Assembly: GCA_047495785.1 (NCBI GenBank)
Contig: JBLDXI010000021.1
Coordinates: forward strand, 1,612,001-1,676,000
Length of the DNA stretch: 64,000 bases
Source: Lepidodermella squamata
Lineage: Eukaryota > Animalia > Gastrotricha
Reading direction: 5' to 3'
Of this stretch, positions 1 to 13,200 are shown in pieces. A program made the position numbers and the translations under genes. Position 1 is the stretch's first letter. Every line of letters starts with the position of its first letter. A model generated the notes under the pieces. The model was not told the origin of the DNA and did not search any database. It was given only the letters and a program-made list of their open reading frames with translations.

Positions 1-2178
1 GTGGTCTGAAACAATAAACAATCGTTTTATCTTCATCATCGCTTATCAGAAGAATTTTATCAATCATTGCCGAATGAAAGGGAAGAAAGGAAAAGCGCGA
101 ATAACACTGGTTCCCGCCGGTAAATTGAAATATAGATGTTTTCTCAAAAATTTCTTATACGAATATAGATGATGACTTGGAGATATTATGATGAGTTAAA
201 TTGATAGAAAAATCACCAAAAATCATGATAAACGGGTAAAGATAACTGTGTGATGCTCGTGTATCAAACACGGGCCTAACCGCGTCGATTAGACAAGAAT
301 ATTGAAGCTATACGATCAGTTCGAGCCAGTGTCAATTTTGATTAATGACTGCTACAGCGGGTTTTTCAATTTCATGATGGTTCATGTCTTTTTGTTTCAC
401 GTCCACAATCTTTAAAACTAGTAAGTTTTCTTTTTAAATAAACACTCACTCGAACACACAAAAGTTTTAGAAAAAGAAAGGCAGCTTGGAATAGAAGTAA
501 CTTTTCAGTAATAGAAAACCTTCATCGTCAAAAAACGGGCGAAAAAAAGATATTACAAATGTTGTGCAACAAAGAGACACATGTGCGCGGTTCAAAGTGC
601 GATCAGTCCGAAGGTTTGCGTAATACTAAGGCTATATACGTACGTACGTCATTCTTAAATCGCGTCTGTGGACAACAAATCGCTAAAAATTGCGGTTGAG
701 CTCATCGCTGTTGCTAAATTTTTCATCATAAAAAGCCAAACAAACGAAAGAGAAAGCTACATACCGGGAATGGATGGCGAACTCGTAGACATTAACAGGT
801 AGAAATAATCGCAACGTCAAGAACTTCAGATTAACGTCTCCGAGCCTCGCTTTCGTATTACAATATTTCCAAAGGAGCGAAAACTACTCGAACAGGTTAT
901 ACACGATCATGGGGCAAAAAATGAAGAAGTTTCAACGTTTGAATGGAGCAACCAAGCTAGAGAAAATCAGACAACGGAGCCACGGCGAGCCACCTGAGCC
1001 AAAAATTCATCGTCATCAACTATTGTACGAATATATATATGCATACGCTTCAAGAGTAAGTAAGAAGAGAAGAAGTAAAGAAGATGTAGGAACACCGAAA
1101 CCAAAATTTACACGACGCGCCTTCGTGCGGATGATAGGCTTATCACTAAGTCAAGTCGATGAACTCAGCTGCGCCATTTTACAAGCACTGATCATGACAA
1201 TTAACACATTAGCACTGCGCTCTTCGATAAACTAATGATAAGAAAACTTAAGAGAACACCGATTTTTACAGCCATTAGTTTTACAAAGAAACATCTGCAA
1301 CAAGCCCTGCCCTGCATGCCTTGTCCGATTATTATAAGAAAACTGTAGTTATTGTAGATCGAAGAAGCCAAAATGTAGCTGATTTGAAGTAAACTGAACA
1401 TGTATATCAAAGAAATGGAAAGAACACCGTTATAGGTACTATGCAGTCGATTTAAATTCGACAAAAGTGGATATCATCAGAAAAAATGAAGCCTTGGGAG
1501 TAGAAAAACGAAGATACAAGCATTTGCGTCGAAATTTGCCAAGAAACGGAGAAGAGCAGAGTCGATGTCATCATTTGATATCGACCTGAACTCACTAGTT
1601 TTTGGAGTGAATGTTAAGATTGATGCAAGGTAATCATTGAATAATTCTTAGTCAGGTAGTGGCTCTGTGGTAATGGCAGATAAAGTGGGCAATTCCCTTT
1701 TAGAATAAATGCATCTCAGTCCTTGCTAATTAGCGAATATCATCTTCTATCGATTATAGTGATCATGAGATGAACAGGTGTTTACATTAGAAGAGCAAGT
1801 TGAAGATGAAAACTTCAACGAAAATCACAATACACAAAGCAGTAGTGTAAATTACACCCCAACAAGCCGTTCAAAATCGAACTCCCTATAAATCGTAGTC
1901 TCTGGGCTAGGAAATCACATCGCGAATCAAAGAGTCTAGTATTCTATCATCATTAAAAAGAAATGCCAACAATGTGCTATGACGATCAAGATCACGACGC
2001 AATACAATGACGATGGTGTTATTAGGACGATGATGATAAGCAAAAGACAGCGCGAGATGGGGAACTAAAAGTTTTCATCATTATTTATCAACTCAAAAGT
2101 TTTCGGCGAAATATTATTTGTTTTCAGTCGACATCTTCTTCATCTGCTCCTCTCCTCCATCCGTCTGCTCTATAGCTC

Positions 2179-5100
2179 TCAATACCACCGGAATGGGACG
2201 GCGCGCGGTCGGTCGGCGCCCTCTTTGACCAGTGGTTTGTGGAACTCGCGGCCGGGTCGAGAATGAATTTGTGCCCAGCAGTATTCGCAGTAGTATTGCA
2301 AGCAAGTCACGTTAGCGCAGAAAAACGGCGCAAACTTGCCACTGCACCGTTGGCCCTGGCATTCGTCGCACATTTGGTCGTCGAGCACGTAAGGCTTTAC
2401 CTGATTTAAATTAAAACGCAAATATAAAATTATGAACAAGTTGGATTGAAGCATTCAACTCAAAACTAAATTTTGAATCATTTCAATGAACATTTTAAAG
2501 TCAATTAATTTGTTTTCAAGTTATTTTCTCATCAGCTACGGTGTCAAAATCTTAGTACCTCAACACGCTTGTCAATGTCAGCGTGGCGCAGTTGGACGAA
2601 ACGAGCGGAGATTGCAGCGATATAAGCTTGCTGGGTCGAAAAAGCAACGCGACCGGCGCCTTTCGGATATTTGAGCTCAGGATCGACGTCGATACCGGCG
2701 TAGCAAACACCGCCATACAGGTCGTTCATAATCATGGCGAGCTCAGAGGCACGCAGAGGCCGCGGAACACCACCAACGAAGATAGTTTTGCGCGGGTCAA
2801 TCGGCTGCTGGCCATCCATGACGAAGTCAGAGTCGGTGAGGCTCCACGGACGGATTTGCACCATCTTATCTTTCATCGTCGGACTGCTGACAGGCCAGAA
2901 AAGTCGGCCCTTCTCCTGCAGACAAACATTGATCAGCAACTGAACACTGAGCTCATCTTGAAACAGCAAAAAGCAGTATCCTTTCGGAGGGAAGTAAGAC
3001 CGGCTTTCATTCTTATGCGGCCAGTCAACAACCAAGGCACCAAACTGCTGGAACGAACTCCGAATTTCGTCTGAAAAATAATTTAAATTTTATTTTAAAT
3101 TGTCTTCTTTCTTTTCAAAGTTGTTGTATTGACGCGCATGGGTTGTTGATACGAGACTGATGAAATTTACACTGCAATTTTAGCGAGGATTTGTAGCCTA
3201 ATGACACAAGCGTGCCGGAATTTTATCGGCAAAATGGATCAACACTCAGACAGCCAGTCATTCATAAAGGCAAGGGGCGCTAAGATGCGCTCTTATCACA
3301 TTCCTAAAAGTTCTCGTCCCTCCTCAAGCGCATTTGTGAATATAAATACAGGACTACTACAACTAGTATTGCCACCACTACGACGCAAAATACGTTCAGT
3401 TGTTCGCCCTCCAATCGATTGATTTGGTGGATATATGCACAAGCGCGCACTTTGAAGCGCAATTCAGCTTGGGAGCTTTCGTATTTATAGATATTTATAA
3501 TAAAATATGTATACATACGAACGTCACCAAGCACAAACATCGGATCAGAAAAGCAACAACATCATCATTTTGCGGCTGAAATGACCCTAATCCAGGCTAT
3601 GCAGAACGAGGAAGAATGATGATTAAATGAAGCCTACGCGAGGACGTCATCGTATTTCTTTCCTCAGCCGTCGCCAAATGTATGCAAACAAATTACATAC
3701 ACATACGGCACAGCGAAGCAGAGCGTTAAATTTCGTTTCTTGGCACGCAGTATAAGTTTAACACGAGACGCATCGAAAATTAAATACTGCTTCGAGAATT
3801 TCTTATGCATAACATTTAAACTTGATTGTCAAGAGGCTGGGAATTAAATGGCATCGTATCGCGTGTCGTGTGATGGATGAATAATCATAACAAATTATTA
3901 CCTTCATCGATGTCTGGTGGCAGACCGCCAACGAAGACTTTGCGCGAAAACCGCTCAACTTTCTCGCTGTTGCCAAAGTTGCCAGCGCCCATCATGCCCT
4001 GACCTCCGCCCATGGCGGCAATGATCTGCTGTTGAGCAGCGGACGGTCCGTTGGCGCCAGGAACAACGCCAAAAACCGATGGTCCGGAAGCTTGGTCAAA
4101 ACCAGCGAGTGCATTCGCATTCAGCTCTTCGCCCAAATAAGGCGCATTTTCGTCCAGTAAACCAAGTTGCTGCGGGCCTGTCAACAAATTTACATATTAG
4201 TAATTTGAAATTAAACGTTATAAAGCATTCGCGAATTCACTGACAAGAGACTGAATAACTATCGTAAAAATACTCCTTTAACCTTTCAAAATTTCAAAGA
4301 TATTCAGAGTCTTGCCAATCATTCAAGAAATTATTAACCATGCATGGGCCACCGGGATAAATTGTTAAGTTGCATAACCGTCGGTAAAATTCGCTCAAAT
4401 TAAAAAGAAAACCACAAAAGCGCGAGGGTTGGATTTCAATCACTGTTATTTTGTTTTTATCGTTTCAAAAACCACTCAAAACTTCGAACCTTTACGACCC
4501 AGCGAGTACGAATCCGCATATGCTGGAAAAAGACATTTTCATTCATTTTTCTGATTTTATCTTTTCAGACAACCCTCGCGCATGTAACATAATACGGCGC
4601 GATATCTGGGCCATGAGTGGTTAAGTATCGGTTATCGCACAAATTGAGCTTCTGACCGGCGCAGCAACACTACCGGCTCAACTAGGCAATCGCGCGCAAG
4701 TATACGGAAACGTGCAGACGCTGCAGTGCGTGGACTACTATATACACAGATGAATATGGGATGCAATCGTGCGCCGGTAGGCAGTAATACTCCAACGAAA
4801 ATAGTTCAGGATGAGCTGATCGTCCTGTGCAAACACAACGAGGCCCGCGTTTTGGCAGTTGAACAGCCCAGGGCGGCTCATGTAAAAGCCGAACACTGCT
4901 ATCGTTTGCAGCTAAGCGCGGATAATAATACCGACTTGGATTGGCTGGCAGTGGAACTGCTTCGTACATGCTCAACCACACAAAAGCAGCTGTTTCTTCT
5001 TGGGTCAGCTTTTCTGTAGGTAGTGCCTTCTTTCATAAGAAACACATCGGCGTTAAATGCTTTGCGCTGACTGGACTCTCAACTGCATGCACATGTTTTA

Positions 5101-8052
5101 CACGCCAGCAATTTAGCATAGATCTATTATCATCACCGTCGATCGCTCTACCTGGGCATGAAGGTGGCCGCGGAGAGGCTGCTCGGTAATAGCAGCGCTA
5201 ATAGCTATGGTGCCCTTTGTTCTGCTAATAAGCGATATGCAGCATGTTTGATGATTTCACTCGAGTAATAACCAGCCTACCACCAAGTGAGTAATTGAAA
5301 GGCACAACAGTAGCATCATATCTCACACTCAGCCAAGCGCACAGTCAGAAAACAGTCCCAAACATCCAGCAGCTATATGTGCCAATCATTTTTTCATGTG
5401 TATCAGACTGATTGATAAACAGCGGGTGAAGATGAAAATTCGACAGAACATTGATCGATGGATTTTCACGTCGTCTCATTAACAATAACAATTATTGAGT
5501 GTTTATGTCGCCTCGATGATGAGCAGGAGACGCCGATGCGCCATCAAGTGCTCTCGTTTCTTGGCTTGCCGTCTGTCGGGCAGCAGTAGTATTAGTTGTA
5601 AGGCAAGAAAGCAGCATCCGGATGCACGCAATAATAGTAGTCGCCCTAACTAACGCACAGGTCGGCAGCGGGGCGGCGGCTGATGGAAGAAAACGCCCTA
5701 CTCGCGTTGTTTGCCAGAACACACCTTCAATTGTTGTACGCTCGCAATACGATGACGTGCCCCTTCCTAGCGCAGCGCCTAGCCCAACTCAATTTTAAGA
5801 CATTACGAGCAGTGAGAGGTCACAAGCAGCGACAAAGTGTAAACAAAGCGCGACTGTACGCCTATTTCACCCTTCACGACAGCTCAAATAACAGGCACGA
5901 CAGGGCCAAAGCAGCGCCAAACAGATTGATATTAGCACTAATAACGAGCACACGCGCGCATTTTGCATTGAGCAAACCGTTTCTATCAAGGTTCAACAGC
6001 AGACAAGACAAAGATGCGCAATCATCCTTGCCGCGTGATTCCGCGGCCCGAGAGACAAAATGATTTGTACTGTTGAAAAGACTGTTAACGCCCAATTACC
6101 TTTGTATTGTTCATGTGAGGTACGCATTAAGGACTCGAGCAAGCCGTCAGGTACAAAATTGCCATTCTCAGCTCCTGGAACACCACCTTGTTGACCAGAT
6201 GGCGATGCTGATGAGCCAGCTGAATTGACTCCTACTCCGGTGGGCGAGCCGCCGTTTTTCACCATATCCTGAAATAATAAACAAAAAGTCAATTTCGGCG
6301 CTTTTCATCCTTTCTTAATAATTTTGATCGGATTATGATAATTTCAAAGCACATGACCCTTTGCTGCCGGCTCAACCCAGCTTCAGAGCGCGGCGGGAGG
6401 TGCCCTCGAAATGACAGAGATGACGCGACCTTACTCAACGCAACCTTGCGACATCATGCAATTTCATCTGCTCCAATATAGAATACATGGGTACACACGC
6501 CACTCGCTCTTCATCGGCTGAAACAACAGAACTCACCTACACGCAACACGAAGACTGCCGGTTGCGTGTTGGCTAGTTGTTGTTTAGAGACGTACAATAG
6601 GTAGATTGCCTTACCCAGTACGACCTTACTTCCGCGACTTAAGAGCGACGCACGGGCTGAACCTATCGACAATTCAAGCCGCCAAAAGGAAGACACAATG
6701 CATGCTTTGTCTGGCCGCGAGCTATTAAGTTAGATGCTCGTAGCTGTGTGATATAATGTATAATATAGTGCGGAGACAGATGGTCGCGAAAAAGCACAGG
6801 CAATGCTAATATAGGATATGGGCAAGGCGATAGGAAACTGCAGTTACTCAATCCCATTATTTCGTGACACGTGCGCGCACTGTTAAAATAATGTAGAAAC
6901 CCACGTCGCCGGTCGAGTCGCATAAATAACTGAAACACCGCAACAGTGGGTAGTAATAATCGTAATATAATAAATAACGCTCGCCGTACCAGGTAGCTCT
7001 AACACTCAGTCAAGTTAAAAATTCATCACTAAAAGAGCGGCTCATGGATAATGATAAATAATAAATGATTAGCGCGCGTAAAAATAACAATCACGAACCT
7101 GTTGGACAGACGGATAACCTGGACCGCCGTTTTGACCGTTGCCATTTTCGGCCAATGCAGCGGCAAGTTCTGGTGAGTATTCTACGCTTTTAGAGCCCAT
7201 GTAACCGCCCCTCATGCCCATGTGATTTGGGACGGATGTGCAACGGCGGAAGGCGGCCGCTTGTTGCTGTTGTTGCATATTGCCAGGCTGTTGCTGATTT
7301 GAGCCAAAAAAGTTGCCTTGTTGAGGTTGGTTGCCCCACTGAGAGAAACCTTGATAATTGCCATTCCCATAACCGGGTTGCTGAGGCTGGCCAGACGGCA
7401 TGCCGTTGGGCTGATTCCAATTTTGTTGTTGCTGTTGAAATTTGCCGGGTTGACCATAAGGTTGCTGTGCACGGTTTCCATTGCCGTTGAACGGTAAGGC
7501 GCCCAGCTGCTGTTGTTGCCCGCGAGTTATCGGTCGCTTTGAATACATGCCTGACTGCTGATTATTGGCGGAACCATTCGCCGCGTACCCAGAGAACGAT
7601 CGTTGATACTGGTCATAGGCATTGCCATTTCCACCGGAGTAATTTCCGATACCGTCAGCGGTAGGGTACCGACCCCAGTTACCGCCGGGAAAAGATGTGT
7701 TGTTTGTTGATTGTGGAGTAGGAGAAGAGTCAATTACTGACATTTGTTGCAACATATTGTTGATTGCGAATACATCAACACTTTCCTTGTATGAGTTCGA
7801 ATCCGCTAACAAAGTATTCAAAGAGTCAGTTACGGCTAAACCATTGACCAAATCACTATGCGTTGCAAGATTCAGATCATCAGAATTTTCGCCACCCAAT
7901 GCATTTGGCGACATTTTAGCGGAATCCGACGCATTGCCATTCGCATTGGAAGAATTTCCGGGCTGATGATCACCATTGACTTCGTGTCCATTCGACAAGT
8001 TCTCTCCCTCCACAGAATTGTCAATTCTAGAAACAACCTCCGCAGAAGCCAT
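2179..8052 (-). CDS. CPEB2: Cytoplasmic polyadenylation element-binding protein, CPEB2/3/4 (Orb2) subfamily; 5 exons: 8052-7099, 6268-6100, 4177-3902, 3070-2559, 2400-2179
   Basis: RRM1 RFSRKVFVGGLPPDIDE..VDWPHK..YFPPKGY, RRM2 DPRKTIFVGGVPRPLRA..YPKGAGRVAF, ZZ domain CDECQGQRC..CLQYYCEYCWAQIHSRPGREFHKPLVKEG. All four introns are GT-AG with matching phases (0,1,1,0). Exon 1 is Q/N/G-rich. Confidence 0.95.
4338..4620. mobile_element. Non-autonomous piggyBac-like MITE in CPEB intron 2
   Basis: TTAA at 4334-4337 and 4621-4624 flanks imperfect inverted ends CCATGCATGGGCCA / TGGGCCATGAGTGG (15/18 match including TTAA). The 283-bp interior is non-coding. Confidence 0.6.
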
Positions 8053-9169
8053 AAAAAGTACAAATCTACAAAAACTGAAAGCGACACGTTCAATAAACGA
8101 ATACTGTAACCAGTAAATGACGATACACAGTTATCAGAAGTGAGTGGGCGGAAGGATGATAAATAGTGAAAGTTGCTTCAAACTTTTACCTGGAGTTAAC
8201 CATTATAAATGCAATTAGCAATTGACAATTAGTACGATTGCGACTCATAAGGATACAGGATGCAGGATACACGCTGACATCTCGAGCATTGTTGGCAACA
8301 TTGGGAATGGATAAATAAGAATCAGTATTCAGTCAACTTGAATATGATGAATGATGAATTTATGAATGAGTGAATCTATGGATCTGTGAAAAGTATCCAA
8401 TTTCAGAAGAAGTTGGGTTAACACAACGACAGCGAAATGGGAGCACACACCATTTTCAATATGCCTTTATTGCTTATTACTTATCAAATGTTTGTGAAGA
8501 CATAAAGCAAACACGCAAATATGCTTCAAACTTGAAGACAGTGACATACTATAACAAAATTGGCAATGGGGCCCAATCAGAGCTCATCCGAGGGCAAATG
8601 AGTAACTCGATGGCGCGCCAGTGGCTGAGTGAGTTTTGCCGTCAGCGCAGAAACGTGGCTCCGCGAAGGCTTCTATCGGAGAATTCAAGGCCCAATAGCA
8701 GCATGGGCATTACAAAAATTATTTTCCAAATTTTAATATTAAAACTTTTCAAAAATTATATTTAAAGTAACTCATAGTAAAAACGCTAGAGAGTGCCGCA
8801 TGTTATTGCGTAATCTTAAAAAAATCGCCCCCGACGCGCTTTGCGTCCCGCGTTGAGTCTCGGCAGGCGTACGCCGGATGATTCGATCTAATCTTTTAGT
8901 GCGCTATGTTTAACCTATTTCACAGTCATTAAAGGAAGGCCTCAGCTACTCGGTTTTCCACAAAGATTTTCCAATGTTTTCAAAGCCTCCAGTCGTTTCG
9001 CTGGTTCGGCGGCTATTATCTGGGCTCACCGCCACACAATCTGAAGCACGGACACGGTCGTCGGGATACTGAACTAGTCATGTAGGTTAGTAAACGATGT
9101 TTCTAAATTGTTTAAGCACAAAAGAGTCGTGGCCATTTTAGCTCGAAAAATGCCAAGGACTCGAATCTT

Positions 9170-9650
9170 GGATCATTTCTGGCGCCTTTCAATAAATCGC
9201 TTTTGCTGTCAGTAAGTGATGCTGTTCAACTACCAAGTCAAGATTTACTAGTTCAAATGTCGTGGATTCAGCTGACATGCGCCGAGAGTCAACATTTGTG
9301 AGATCGTTCGATAAGTGGCTCGGCGGCGGCAACTCAAGATTTTCATAGTTTGATACCTTCTAATCCAAGTGGCTATTCCACTCTGCTAGATTTGAATCAA
9401 GAAGTCTAGTGCATCGTGTATCGCCTCTTTTTCAATTAGTTGTTTCAAGAAGGATCTTTTAGACATCTTCTGAGCTTTGTAGATAGTAAACCCACTGACA
9501 TGGTGGTCTACCGCGCACCAACGTTGATTCATCGCTACTATAAAAGTTACTGAGCCGTTTGGATAGTGAGAAGCGGGAATTATGCTATCGTAAACATTGA
9601 GATAGCAGCTCGGACATGCTCATTAATGACTACCCATGAACGATAAAATG
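9170..9650 (+). mobile_element. Possible heavily decayed hAT transposase remnant
   Basis: Broken frames give FLAPFNKSLLLSVSD (~9176), STLLDLN (~9380), VNPLTWWSTAHQR (~9486) and AGIMLS*TLR*QL (~9573), in the order of hAT motifs LxPF, LLDPR, DPLxWW and AGxIxxxxRxxL. Confidence 0.3.
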
Positions 9651-10255
9651 GGCTGCTTTACATGAGACGGGTCGATTTACGTTCGGCTTATGAAACCACG
9701 GTATGTGCTACGTCTTATGATAGTGCATCATCACCCAACTCATCTTAACTATTTTCATCGTTAATTGGAACATCTGATTGAAAATTCGATATTAGGTAAT
9801 TCATGAGTTTTGCTTAACGACTTCGCGATGACTTGTTTCTTTCTCTGTTCTGTTTTGCATGTTCCTGAAGCTTTGATTAGGTTCACAAAGTCAGCCCATC
9901 ATTCAGGATATGTTTCGACGTCAATCATTATTGTCGGCGTGAGCGGATGGTGAATGGGACACTATGCCACTATTATTTACGTTATTAGCTGCTACTAAAA
10001 ACTAAAAATAATCATATTAATCACATAATCATTTATTAAAAATATCCAACAACAGCAACAATCACCAAGAAAGATTTGAAAGAATAGCATATTGCAATAC
10101 ACATTTACAGGCGATATCGAAATGATAGATGACGGATAATTTGGCGGTTGCATTCTATTTCAGTGCATTGAATTGTGAAAATAAAGTTACGTCAGTTGGG
10201 AGACGAGCATAGAATCGGAGGTTAGCATTATCCATAACAATCAATCATGCAATAA

Positions 10256-13200
10256 TCAGGGAATAAGCTGCGATTTCTCTTTGAACTGTTCAAGCCATTG
10301 ATCGCAAATTTGTTTCACTAGAGGTTGATTGAGCCTGCTGGCCGCTTCTGAAATTCGGCGAACATCTCGCTCGCGATTCGTGGTGATAGCAATAAGGTAG
10401 GCGGACCTCAGCTTGGCGCACAAAAGACACGCTTCAATCTTGGCGTCATCATCGCTAAGCATAGCAATCAAAGCATCTTGCTCGCGAGAGAATTCCGGAC
10501 GGTCATGGATACCACGTACTGCTGCACAGATTATTTCATCAATCAGCTAAAAATCGAAATTAAAATTATTAAAATTTATATATAAGTTAAATCAATGTTT
10601 ACCTCCGATGTTTCGCCTTGGCTAGTGTTTAGCACATCTCGCAAACATATCAGGAGCTGACGCAGTCTGTCGAAATTACCGTTTCTGGCCAGCTCATGAC
10701 CCAAGTTACCGTAGGTCACACGAGGGTCCAAGCGGAAGTCATTCACTATGCGCCGCGCCAGAGTAAATGAGTCTACCAATGATGCGGAAAGTAGCAGTTC
10801 TTTTACCACTGCCATTTTATCGCTATCAACGTCCGTAAACAGCGTTTTCACGTTTCCGCTGCCTTCCACAGAAGCGAAAGAGGCGTTTGGGTTGCTTCTG
10901 GACCGAGCTTTCATGATTTCTAAAACTTCGAATTGCAAACTAATCGCATTAGACAGCCGTTGAACTTCGGCTTGCGGCAAAAACTGCCTGATCATAGGCG
11001 GCGCATCGTCCCATGTCGGTCTTTTAGGGGTTGGAGGCTCGACTTGCCCCCAATGAGAGCTGCTGCGGTCTATGTAAGCTTCCAAATGGCCACGGGCTTG
11101 ATGCAAGAAGTCAACATTTTGGGATAAATCCATCCAGGTTTTAGCACCACGCGGGAAAAATTGGCGAAGGCAGACGAATGCAGCGCGGATGTAATCCTTC
11201 GCAAATACATACAGCCGATGCAACAAATTGTGGGAATTTGACTTGGTCAAGTTTTGATAAGCTGCTGATATATACTTCTCCCATCGAACCAAGGTAGGAT
11301 CACAAACAAGCATTTGGTCTTCCAAATTCAGCAAACGTCCAGCAGAAGCAGCAGGAAGCAATAAAGATGCAACAAAAACATCGGGCTGACAGTCAGCGTC
11401 CAAAATGTATTTCGCAGCTTGAGCCCAATAGCCGTGCCGTTGAAAGAAAGAAATAACAGCACCGTCGTTGCCATAAGTGCTCAAATAGAACACCGCCTCT
11501 TCGAAAATGGGCTTCGGAAGTGGGTCAGTTAGCAATGCGCCTTTTCCAACCAGCTGTTGAGGCTCAGCTAAGAGATCTCTAATAGTCATCGATGCAGTCC
11601 GATCGCTTGAAATAGCAGAAAACTTAGATTACAGCAATTTTAATTGAGCTAGAGTTTACCTGTCATTCGAAACCAAGTCAGCAACAATATTTGGGTGCCT
11701 TTTCGCCACATTTTCAAGAGTATTAATGACCTCTTGAAGCTGCTTAGACAACGGGCGAGCACTGCGGCGGTCACCAGGTTTTGGCAGACATTTGACAAAC
11801 TTTTGCCTGGCGCTTTCATAGCATCCCACGCGAAGTAAAGCCAATCCCCATCTGAGCCACGCATTACTCGCCAAGTCAGGCCGCATAAGGCTAGCCAAAC
11901 GAACTGCCGCTGAGTAGCGCTCAGCTTGTAGCAGCTGGGTGAAAATTCTTTGCGAACTCTCCCGGCTGATCAAGTCGTTGACGGTAGGGATAGGCTGGCA
12001 ATTGTCCTGAAGCAGCGAGTCCAAAAAGTCAATAGCCTTCGAGTAGCTGTCGCACATCGTTGCCAAGCCTGAAACAGCGCTGATATCAGACGAATTTTCG
12101 GCAAACTTGAACTTGGCACGCATCAGTAATTGTTTCATTATTGACAAAACAAGGGCGGCGTCGATTTCGCGCGTTGGTTTCAGGTACTTGGAAAGGTACG
12201 ACACAAACTGTAGCATCAGTTGAGCAGACTTGGTTGCATTATGGCACAGGCCAAGTAGAGACAAACACAACGCCAGGTTAGGGGCGGATTCATATGAAAA
12301 TTGCTGTCGCAATGTTGAATTGGTTGACTCGTCTTCTGTGCTCAGTTGCCATTGAAACACATTGGCACTACTCGCAACACTCATCGAGCAGGCAGAATTT
12401 GCAGCTGGTATTCTACAAAGCAGAATAAACATGTTCTAGATGAGCTTTACTGCCCAGCACGAATTTTATCGAGTTGAAAGCCGCATTTAAACTTCTGGAT
12501 ATCTGCTTTACGAAAGCTAAATTAAACCACTGAATATTATGTTGATCACTTTTAAAATGAATAGGTAGTACGAATCTTCAAGGTGGGTGAACATCTCTCT
12601 ACCAGCTCAAGGCTCAAGGTGACTTCAACTGAAGCCTATGCAAAGCTTGATCGTGGGGGAAACCTATCCCGGGATGCCAGGACCGACTATTGCAGATGAG
12701 AATGAGAAATTATTAATTGCGTACGAACTAACGAAAAAGGTGAGAAAGAGCCCCGAATTAAGAAGATATACCAAACTGCGATATTTACGTCGGTTTATGC
12801 AGCGCTATTCTTGTATATTATTACCTTGATTCCGGTCTTAATGATGTTCCAGGCGTTGTTCCGCCAGCTGATTGTGAGCTGTGTTCTCCAATGACGAGCA
12901 TTTGAGCGTAACAATCGTCGCAAACTCGGGCGTCAGTTTCTCCACGAACTGTCGCTCGTTGTCGGCTACAATCGGCGCAGACGATCCGGCCGCACCTGCG
13001 GCAGTGGTGACGTCGCACAAACATGGTGAATCGAACACGGTGGCAAGCCATGCATGTGTCAGTTTTCGCATCATGCATCCAACGCTCGGGGTCAGGCGCT
13101 TCGACCGGCATCAAGAATGGCCTGGACATGGCTTGCTGGGTAACAGGACTCGTGGCTGAAGTAACCGATCCAACTGTCGCGATGCTAGACATCATTCGAC

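Noticed and set aside
1-2178. CPE-like motifs (minus-strand TTTTTAT at ~728, TTTTTAAT at ~1952) suggesting CPEB autoregulation through its 3' UTR
   Set aside because: Expected by chance in AT-rich DNA, and the UTR end is unknown.
2583-3074. 163-aa plus-strand ORF
   Set aside because: Antisense shadow of the CPEB RRM exon.
4682-6063. Several 70-126 aa ORFs in CPEB intron 2
   Set aside because: No recognisable motifs or consistent splice structure.
3071-7098. HDV-like (CPEB3-type) ribozyme in a CPEB intron
   Set aside because: I looked because mammalian CPEB3 has one, but could not identify the nested double-pseudoknot by eye. A covariance-model search would be needed.
8066-8189. CPEB upstream acceptor as a trans-splice site
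   Set aside because: A strong cis donor (CAG|GTAAAA, ~8189) is available, so an ordinary 5' UTR intron explains it.
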